Under the pieces are notes generated by a model. The model saw only the letters and a program-made list of their open reading frames with translations. It was not told the origin of the DNA and did not search any database. The translations under genes and the position numbers were made by a program. Positions 57,272 to 64,000 of a stretch of 64,000 nt of DNA are shown here, piece after piece. How positions within the stretch are numbered: the first letter of the stretch is position 1; each line of letters starts with the position of its first letter. Source of the stretch: an uncultured bacterium (lineage in GTDB: Bacteria > DRYD01); contig CAKZQG010000044.1 of the NCBI GenBank assembly GCA_937139605.1, positions 22,360 through 86,359 of the forward strand, given 5' to 3'.

Positions 57272-58888
57272 TTAATTTTTTAAAATAACTTGCTTAAATT
57301 CATTTACATTTATATTAAAGAATTTATAAGGATGAGAATTAATATTATTAAAATAATTGGGATTATATTGATTATTTTTAATGGTATTTAAAATAGAGAT
57401 TAAATTAGAGATATGTTGTTTAAAGCGATAATGCCCATAAGGGGAAACTTGGCCAGTAAATACGATAAACGGCCAATCACTACATTGCGCTTGTAAAATC
57501 TCATATAAAGCACAACTTAATAACTCGTTGTTATTACTATCATTTTTTATTAAATCAATCAATTCTTGGGAATTAATATTAATATGACGATACATATAAT
57601 CTACACTACCATTAAGCCAGTATTCATAATATCCTTTCCAACCCCAACTACTACTATTAGGTTCTATTATGTCTAAATTAAAATTACTTTCTTTTAGCAT
57701 ACTTAAATACTTAGACGGAGTAGATAAAGAAACTAAATAATTGGGATTTTCGTTAATAAGTTTAATAATATTTTTAATAAAGTAAGGTCCTTCATACCAC
57801 CAATGTCCAAATAACTCAGTATCATACATAGCAGTAATAGCTAAAGGTACATTTAATTTTAACTTATCTTGCCAATATTCGCATTGTCTTTCTCTGTTAA
57901 ATATAAAATTACTTGCATGTTCTAATGACTTTTTCAAAGCTAAATCAGGATCATATACTTCTTTTTTAGATAACTCTACATCAGCCCCAGTTATCCTGTA
58001 ATACTTATACCCTGTATCAACTCTAGTACCACTTTCATGGATATAGTTTTTAATATAATCAAAATCCAAGTCAAAACCGATATCTCTATAGAATTCTCTA
58101 TAAAAGAAATCACCGGGATAACCTTCTTTAGCCGACCAAACCTGTTTAGAAGACTCCCTATCTCTTCCAAAAACAACCAACCCCCCCTTAGTTAAATAAG
58201 GAATAAAAGTCCCATATTTAACCTTACTTCTGCTAAAAAGTATCCCATGATATTCTAAAAAAGTGTATTCTATTTTATATTTAACTAGAAGTTTATCAAG
58301 TTCTTGATAGTAAGCGCATTCAGGGAGCCACATCCCTTTAGGCTCAAACCCAAAATATCTTATAAAATTATCTACTGCCTTATAAATCTGATATTCTAAT
58401 AACTTTATATTAGATTCTTCAAACATATAAAAAGGAGAAATACAATGAGTTAAATTACTTGTAATAATTTCAATTTTATTTTGATAAGCTAAATCTTTAA
58501 ATCCTTTTAAGATATCTCCATTTAGTTCGTTAAATCTATTAAAAACTTTTAAGTAATTATCATAAATAAATTTAGCAGGTTTGTAAAAAATAGAGTGTTT
58601 AGTTCTTTCTAATTCTTTTTCTCCTAATTCTATTGTTTTCTTTAAATCTTTATATATTCTTTCTTTGAAAAAGTCGTTAGTAAGCATAGCTAATAAAGTT
58701 CCAGAGAAACTAAAAGTAATAGATATATTAAAATCTTTTGATTCTTCTAAAGCTAATAATAAAGGGATATAACTATTTTTAACAGCTTCAAACAGCCATC
58801 TCTCTTCTAAAGATTCATTATATTCCGGATGGTATATAAAAGGCAAATGAGAATGTAAAACAAATAAAATTATTCCTTTTTTATACAT
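57272..58888 (-). CDS. glycoside hydrolase family 57 protein (GH57 1,4-alpha-glucan branching enzyme-like)
   Basis: 538 aa. The N-terminal ILFVLHSHLPFIYHPE is the hallmark HxHLPF(V/I) motif of GH57 branching enzymes. Conserved Glu/Asp regions are further downstream. Confidence 0.7.
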   Translation of the reverse strand: MYKKGIILFVLHSHLPFIYHPEYNESLEERWLFEAVKNSYIPLLLALEESKDFNISITFSFSGTLLAMLTNDFFKERIYKDLKKTIELGEKELERTKHSIFYKPAKFIYDNYLKVFNRFNELNGDILKGFKDLAYQNKIEIITSNLTHCISPFYMFEESNIKLLEYQIYKAVDNFIRYFGFEPKGMWLPECAYYQELDKLLVKYKIEYTFLEYHGILFSRSKVKYGTFIPYLTKGGLVVFGRDRESSKQVWSAKEGYPGDFFYREFYRDIGFDLDFDYIKNYIHESGTRVDTGYKYYRITGADVELSKKEVYDPDLALKKSLEHASNFIFNRERQCEYWQDKLKLNVPLAITAMYDTELFGHWWYEGPYFIKNIIKLINENPNYLVSLSTPSKYLSMLKESNFNLDIIEPNSSSWGWKGYYEYWLNGSVDYMYRHININSQELIDLIKNDSNNNELLSCALYEILQAQCSDWPFIVFTGQVSPYGHYRFKQHISNLISILNTIKNNQYNPNYFNNINSHPYKFFNINVNEFKQVILKN

Positions 58889-59105
58889 CTATTATAACCC
58901 CCCTTGATTAAATAATTTTTAAAAACACTAATATAATTTTATAAAAATTAATTTAATAACAACTTTTAATCCAAAGTAAATTATCCTAAATAAATCTATA
59001 ATTTTTTCAAAAAAAATAGTAATAAAATCTACAAAATTTCTTTTTTTAGCTTCTAATAAAGATTTTTCCAAAAATTCCTTAAACTCCTCCATAATTTAAA
59101 TACAT

Positions 59106-60386
59106 TTATTTAATATATAAAACTTTCAAAGGGAGTTTCTTTAATTTATAATAATTCATAGGTAAAATATCAAAATTAAATAAACTTTCTTTAGAATTAG
59201 GATCTAATAAATAAAACGATAATAAACTAAATGGAATAATAATACTATTATTTAATTCATTATAAATTGAATTCTTAGCTAATATTTGGTTTTTATATAT
59301 TTCAAAATCAACATAAATTAATCCCTTAAGTCCAGCTTTATCTAAATCTATATTAACCTCTTTTATATTATATTCTACTAAATTATATTTATCTAAATTC
59401 TCTATCCTTTCAAAATAATAATACCTAATTTTATTTAAATTTAAATATTTTTTCAAGATATCAATATTATCATAATTTTTATCAAATAAATAATACATTT
59501 TAAAGTTATATTCAATTTCAGACATAGCAATTTTATATTCCCTTAATATTTTTAAGTAATTTTTTAAATTAGAAAAAAAATAATAATAAACTTTATAAGT
59601 AATATCTTTTTTATTTTGTTTATTAACAGTCTCAAATAAGACGGTAGGGATTTTTCGGATTATTCCATAATTCCTTAAAATAGAAACATAATCATATCCC
59701 CCAATATTTTCATTTATATAATATTTTGAGATATTTATATTATAATTTTGATATAATTGATTAAAGATAAGATTTTGATTATCCTTAATTTTATTTTCAA
59801 TTTCAAATATCTTTTTTAATTTATTAGTATCATAAATTATGTCATAAGTTTTTAAAAATTTTAATAAGAATTTAGAATAAAATCCGTTAGAATACATAAA
59901 ATCTATATTATTTCTATAAGAAGCTTCATGTAAATCCAAAATAAGATCAATATCATAATCATTTAACAAACTTAATATTAACTTAGAGCTATTAGAAAAT
60001 AAAGAGATATAAGTTCTATTAGGATCAATTTTTTCTAAGGAATACCTAGTTTTATTTTCTAACCTATACTTACTAGGTTTTAATACAATAACATAATTAG
60101 CATATGAAAATTCCTTATTAAAATAACCATTATATAAAAATTGATTAATAATATCAGAAGGTAATCCTTCATCTCCATGGACACTACAATTTATTAAAAC
60201 AGTATATTCACTTTTATTATCAACATAATAAACTAAACTATCTTCATCATTTTTTATCAATAATATATCAGCATAACTACATTCAAATAAAAAAATAATT
60301 ATAAAAAAAATCACTTCAAAGAAAATAAAAGCTTTATAAATTAGTTTAAATCTATTAAAAAATAAAAAAAATAAAAAATTAATCAT
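59106..60386 (-). CDS. hypothetical membrane-anchored protein, possibly AstE/AspA (succinylglutamate desuccinylase/aspartoacylase)-like zinc hydrolase
   Basis: 426 aa. It has an N-terminal TM. NCSVHGDEGLP resembles the G.HGNE zinc-binding motif of the AstE_AspA / M14-like fold. This is a weak call. Confidence 0.25.
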   Translation of the reverse strand: MINFLFFLFFNRFKLIYKAFIFFEVIFFIIIFLFECSYADILLIKNDEDSLVYYVDNKSEYTVLINCSVHGDEGLPSDIINQFLYNGYFNKEFSYANYVIVLKPSKYRLENKTRYSLEKIDPNRTYISLFSNSSKLILSLLNDYDIDLILDLHEASYRNNIDFMYSNGFYSKFLLKFLKTYDIIYDTNKLKKIFEIENKIKDNQNLIFNQLYQNYNINISKYYINENIGGYDYVSILRNYGIIRKIPTVLFETVNKQNKKDITYKVYYYFFSNLKNYLKILREYKIAMSEIEYNFKMYYLFDKNYDNIDILKKYLNLNKIRYYYFERIENLDKYNLVEYNIKEVNIDLDKAGLKGLIYVDFEIYKNQILAKNSIYNELNNSIIIPFSLLSFYLLDPNSKESLFNFDILPMNYYKLKKLPLKVLYIK

Positions 60387-60400
60387 TACTTTAAAATAAG

Positions 60401-62344
60401 TTATAAATTCTTAAGTAGATCAAATAAAGTATCCAAATTAGCAGTAATTTTTTCTTGGGAATGCTTTAATCTAATATTAACAGTATTAGTTTCTTGTTCT
60501 TTTTGGCCAATAATAATCATAACAGGAATTTTTAGCTTTTCATATTGCCTTATCTTATAATTTAAACTATTAGCTTTTAAATCAATTTCTACCCTAAAAC
60601 CTTTGGATTTAATAATATCATAAACTTTTAAAGAGTACTCATTAAATTTATCGGATATAGGAAGTATAACTATTTGTAAAGGAGCTAACCAAAATGGGAA
60701 TTCTCCATTATAATGCTCAATAAGGATCCCAAAGAATCTTTCAAAAGATCCTAAAAGAGCTCTATGAATCATAACGGGATAATGCCTAGAATTATCAGAA
60801 CCTATATAATGGATATTAAATTTCATAGGTAAATTAAAGTCAAGTTGTATAGTAGAGCATTGCCACTTTCTATCTAAAGAATCTTTTATTTCAATATCTA
60901 TTTTAGGGCCATAAAAAGCTCCTTCTTTCTCATTAATTTTATAATCAATATTAGATTTATTTAAAGCATTTTTAAGTGCGCTTTCTGCTTGATCCCATAA
61001 TGAAATATCTCCAACAAATTCATCCGGCCTAGTACTTAAATAAACTTCATAATCATTAAACCCAAATCTACTTAAAACCTTTTTAGTTAAATCAATTAAA
61101 TTAATAATTTCCTCTTCAATCTGATCAACAGTACAAAATATATGAGCATCATCTTGAGTAAATCCTCTAACTCTTAATAACCCATGTAAAACTCCAGATT
61201 TCTCATATCTATAAACTGTACCATACTCAGCAATCCTTAAAGGTAAATCCTTATAACTTCTTGTTTTTGTTTCAAATATTTTTATATGAAATGGGCAATT
61301 CATAGGTTTTAAAACAAATTCTTGATTTTCTTCAACCTTCATAATAGGGAACATATATTTATGATAAACTTGTAAATGTCCACTTATCTCCCATAACTTA
61401 GAATTAGCTATATGAGGAGTTCTAACAAACAAGTAGTTATTTTGTTCTAGTAGTTCTCTTAGATATTGTTCAATAATATATCTAATTTTTTCTCCTTTAG
61501 GAAGCCATAAAATTAATCCACTACCTATGTCTTCATTAATTTCAAATAATTCTAAAGCAGGTCCTAAGATTCTATGATCTCTTTTTTTAGCTTCTTCTCT
61601 TTTTTTAATGAACTCTTCTAATTCTTGTTTGCTAAAGAAAGCGGTTCCATAGATTCTAGTTAACATTTTATTTTTTTCATCACCTTTCCAATAAGCACCA
61701 CTTAAATTTAACAACTTAAAATTCTTTAAATAAGAGGTATTTAAAACATGTGGACCTCTACATAAATCAACAAACTCCCCTTGCCTATAAATAGAAACTA
61801 CTTCTTCATTTATATCCTCTTTTAATAATTCAACTTTATAGGATTCATTTAAATTAGTAAATAACTCAATTGCTTCATTTTTAGATAATTCTTGTCTTAT
61901 AATTGGTAGTTTTTCATTAACTATTTTTCTCATTTCTTGTTCAATTTTTTCTAAATCTTTTTCACTAATAGATTGATTAAAATCTATATCATAATAAAAG
62001 CCGATATCAATAGGAGGTCCGATAGTTATTTTAGCATCTTTATATAGTCTTTTAACAGCTTGTGCTAATAAGTGAGCAGTACTATGTCTTAAAACCTCTA
62101 ACGCTTCATTATCTCCTTCTAATTTCAATTCAATTTTATCTATATTATTATCAATAACATAAGTTAAATCAACTAATTTAGAGTTTCCATCTTTGAAATA
62201 TACTTTAGCAACTATTACCTTATTAACATCAACATCAATTTTATTGCTATTTTTTAATTCTTTTATAATTTCAACAATAGGTTTATTATAAAATTCAGAT
62301 GAATTTGGGATTAATTTAGTATCAATTAACATAAATTTTTCCAC
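60401..62344 (-). CDS. thrS: threonyl-tRNA synthetase
   Basis: 647 aa. It has an N-terminal TGS domain, an editing-domain HSTAHLLAQAVKRLY (the ThrRS HxxxH/CxxxH region), class II core motifs and a C-terminal anticodon-binding domain. Confidence 0.9.
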   Translation of the reverse strand: MEKFMLIDTKLIPNSSEFYNKPIVEIIKELKNSNKIDVDVNKVIVAKVYFKDGNSKLVDLTYVIDNNIDKIELKLEGDNEALEVLRHSTAHLLAQAVKRLYKDAKITIGPPIDIGFYYDIDFNQSISEKDLEKIEQEMRKIVNEKLPIIRQELSKNEAIELFTNLNESYKVELLKEDINEEVVSIYRQGEFVDLCRGPHVLNTSYLKNFKLLNLSGAYWKGDEKNKMLTRIYGTAFFSKQELEEFIKKREEAKKRDHRILGPALELFEINEDIGSGLILWLPKGEKIRYIIEQYLRELLEQNNYLFVRTPHIANSKLWEISGHLQVYHKYMFPIMKVEENQEFVLKPMNCPFHIKIFETKTRSYKDLPLRIAEYGTVYRYEKSGVLHGLLRVRGFTQDDAHIFCTVDQIEEEIINLIDLTKKVLSRFGFNDYEVYLSTRPDEFVGDISLWDQAESALKNALNKSNIDYKINEKEGAFYGPKIDIEIKDSLDRKWQCSTIQLDFNLPMKFNIHYIGSDNSRHYPVMIHRALLGSFERFFGILIEHYNGEFPFWLAPLQIVILPISDKFNEYSLKVYDIIKSKGFRVEIDLKANSLNYKIRQYEKLKIPVMIIIGQKEQETNTVNIRLKHSQEKITANLDTLFDLLKNL

Positions 62345-62402
62345 CCCATAAAAATATTTTTTTAGATAATTTTAACCAAACTCAATTAAATTGAAATAAA
62401 AA

Positions 62403-62876
62403 TTAATCTTGAATAACTTTTATTTCATATTGAATATCGACAGCTTTTTTGAGCATATTACTAACAGAGCAGTATTTTTCATAAGATAATTTAACAGCTT
62501 TTTCCAAGTTTTCGTATTTAAGATCTTTACCTTTAAATTGATAAATTAATTTAATAGAAGTAAAAACCTTAGGGTGTTCTTGAGCTCTAATTCCTTCAAA
62601 AAATACCCTAAAATCGGTAACATTTTCTCTCATTTTTTTTATAATAGAGATGACATCCATAGCAGTACATCCGATTAATGCAATAGATAATAGTTCCATA
62701 GGGGAGTTAGCACTTTCAAATCCCCCAACATCTTTTTTACTATCTAAAACAATCGCATGATTACTATTAGAAACTGCTACAAATCTTAATCCCTCTTGAT
62801 ATATAATCTCACTTTTAATGATATTTTTATTATCCATATTTTCATTATCTTTAGTATTGTTAGTTTTTTGATTCAT
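62403..62876 (-). CDS. OsmC/Ohr-family peroxiredoxin-like protein
   Basis: 157 aa. ELLSIALIGCTAMDVISIIKKM and the C-terminal KAVKLSYEKYCSVSNML carry the two conserved OsmC cysteines. Confidence 0.65.
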   Translation of the reverse strand: MNQKTNNTKDNENMDNKNIIKSEIIYQEGLRFVAVSNSNHAIVLDSKKDVGGFESANSPMELLSIALIGCTAMDVISIIKKMRENVTDFRVFFEGIRAQEHPKVFTSIKLIYQFKGKDLKYENLEKAVKLSYEKYCSVSNMLKKAVDIQYEIKVIQD

Positions 62877-62902
62877 AATATAACCTCCAATTCAATTTTT
62901 TA

Positions 62903-64000
62903 TTATTTTTTATTATTTTTAATAATATTTTGGATATCTTTAATTTTAGTAAGAGCTTTAGCCTTAGAAGTAATATCAAGATATTTATCATAAGCTAATT
63001 GAAAATTTTTTAGAGCTTCATCTAAATTATCTAAAGCTAAAAGAATTTCTCCTTTGAAATAATAATAATCAGGATTATCATCTAATTTTATAGCCAAATT
63101 AATATAGTTAAGTGCATTAATAAAATCTTTCTTATTATAATAAATATAAGAGATTTTGTATAATGCTTCTTTTTTAGTTGGGATAATATTAACTAGCTTT
63201 AGATAATAATAAATAGCGTTATCAAAATCTTGATTTTTATAATAATAATCAGCTAATTGTTCATAAAAATATGGATCAATATTATCAAATTTACTTATCA
63301 AATCTTTTATAATCTCTATTTTTTTATCTTCATCAGATTCAAGATTAATTAAAAGATAATAAACCTCTTTATTATTTTTATTTTTAATATTATTAATAAA
63401 TTCAAGTGCTTTAGATTTATAAAAATCATTAAACGTCATAATATATAAATTATAATATAAATCAGCTAATAAAAATAAGATTTCATCATTTTTTAAAATA
63501 TTATTTCTAAAATCATTAGAATCTTTTAAACTATTAAAAGATAAATCATAGATTTCTTTCTCAATAATTTGATTTATTTGATTAAAATTATCGAGATTAT
63601 AGTTATTTTGATAAAAAATAAAAGAATCTTTTAATAAAGTTATTTTCTTTTTCAATATAGAGTAATAATTAGTATCAAATTTAATAGAATCTTTAAGATA
63701 GTTAAAATAATTAGGGATATTACCATTAAGGTATTCAATATTACTTAATTTTAAAAATGTATTAGAAATCATTTTTTTTGATGTATCACTAATAGAACCA
63801 ATATCAGGATTATATAAATTATTGATTAAGGTTAAATAGGACTTTTTAGAACTTTCAAGATCATTTAAGATAAAAAATGCATCCCCCAAACTTTGTATAA
63901 AAAAAGGATTATACTTAGAGATATTAGTCAAAAAATTTTGTTTAAGAAAATCAATAGCTTGATTCTCTTTATTTAAATAAATAGCAATTTTAACATAATC
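62903..64000 (-). CDS. TPR-repeat protein (5' end runs off the window; the listed M is a TTG inside an open frame)
   Basis: It has multiple 34-aa TPR-like units (A..Y..LG.....Y.KA...Y..AL). The frame is open through 63932-64000 (…DYVKIAIYLNKENQAIDFLKQNF). Confidence 0.5.
   Translation of the reverse strand, partial: DYVKIAIYLNKENQAIDFLKQNFLTNISKYNPFFIQSLGDAFFILNDLESSKKSYLTLINNLYNPDIGSISDTSKKMISNTFLKLSNIEYLNGNIPNYFNYLKDSIKFDTNYYSILKKKITLLKDSFIFYQNNYNLDNFNQINQIIEKEIYDLSFNSLKDSNDFRNNILKNDEILFLLADLYYNLYIMTFNDFYKSKALEFINNIKNKNNKEVYYLLINLESDEDKKIEIIKDLISKFDNIDPYFYEQLADYYYKNQDFDNAIYYYLKLVNIIPTKKEALYKISYIYYNKKDFINALNYINLAIKLDDNPDYYYFKGEILLALDNLDEALKNFQLAYDKYLDITSKAKALTKIKDIQNIIKNNKK

Noticed and set aside
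24343-62993. Other short overlapping ORFs on the track (24343..24567, 32974..33177, 34305..34514, 39706..40002, 44641..44874, 47430..47618, 49206..49448, 52674..52856, 54451..54657, 57991..58176, 62796..62993, 2352..2552, 5084..5290)
   Set aside because: Each is embedded in or antisense to a well-supported longer gene, or lies in repeat-containing intergenic DNA. None has an RBS or a recognisable motif.
1-64000. CRISPR arrays, rRNA genes, transposases/integrases
   Set aside because: The window was scanned for regularly spaced 25-40-bp direct repeats with unique spacers, for rRNA-like GC-rich blocks, and for DDE, tyrosine or serine recombinase motifs in all long ORFs. None was found. The only regularly spaced repeats are the 11-bp array at 10689-10780 and the tRNA-Met 3' copies, neither of which has CRISPR geometry.

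Overview
This window is a very AT-rich (about 25-28% GC) bacterial chromosomal segment. Nearly every gene is on the minus strand, which suggests a single replication-leading-strand block.

Recognisable housekeeping genes include rplJ-rplL with an intrinsic terminator, uvrA, ppdK, rpsO, gatC, infC (with a non-AUG start), alr, gmhA, surE, rocA, lpxA, fabZ, gmd, a fumC-like gene, thrS, a GH57 branching enzyme, tRNA-Leu(TAA), tRNA-Ser(CGA) and tRNA-Met(CAT). The window also carries several envelope-related and proteolytic genes: GT9 and GT4 glycosyltransferases, a C11 clostripain-like peptidase, an S8 subtilase, and a giant S55/beta-propeller protein.

The most interesting region is a compact defence-like island at about 6.9-14.3 kb. 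It holds a roughly 1,200-aa gamma-class N6-adenine DNA methyltransferase of the Type IIG / BREX-PglX / DISARM-DrmMI type. That gene is split into two ORFs by a single-nucleotide frameshift inside the catalytic domain. Next to it is an intact 1,087-aa fusion of a PLD-family (HKD) nuclease domain to an SNF2 helicase. A small winged-HTH protein follows, and the methyltransferase promoter region contains an unusual array of GC-containing repeats with 11-bp periodicity. This looks like a minimal, possibly inactivated or phase-variable, DISARM-like restriction module.

Other signals not explained by genes:
- A roughly 190-bp conserved non-coding element occurs in at least two, probably three, copies immediately upstream of minus-strand genes.
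- A tRNA-Met gene has its 3' end degenerately repeated three times in tandem, resembling integration scars.
- A 775-bp gene-free stretch contains a GC-richer structured segment and short tandem repeats.
- A gene for a protein with 32-aa tandem repeats (96-bp DNA period) and a glycine-zipper tail.

No CRISPR array, rRNA, integrase or transposase was seen. All calls come from reading the six-frame translations and the DNA by eye; no database search was possible.
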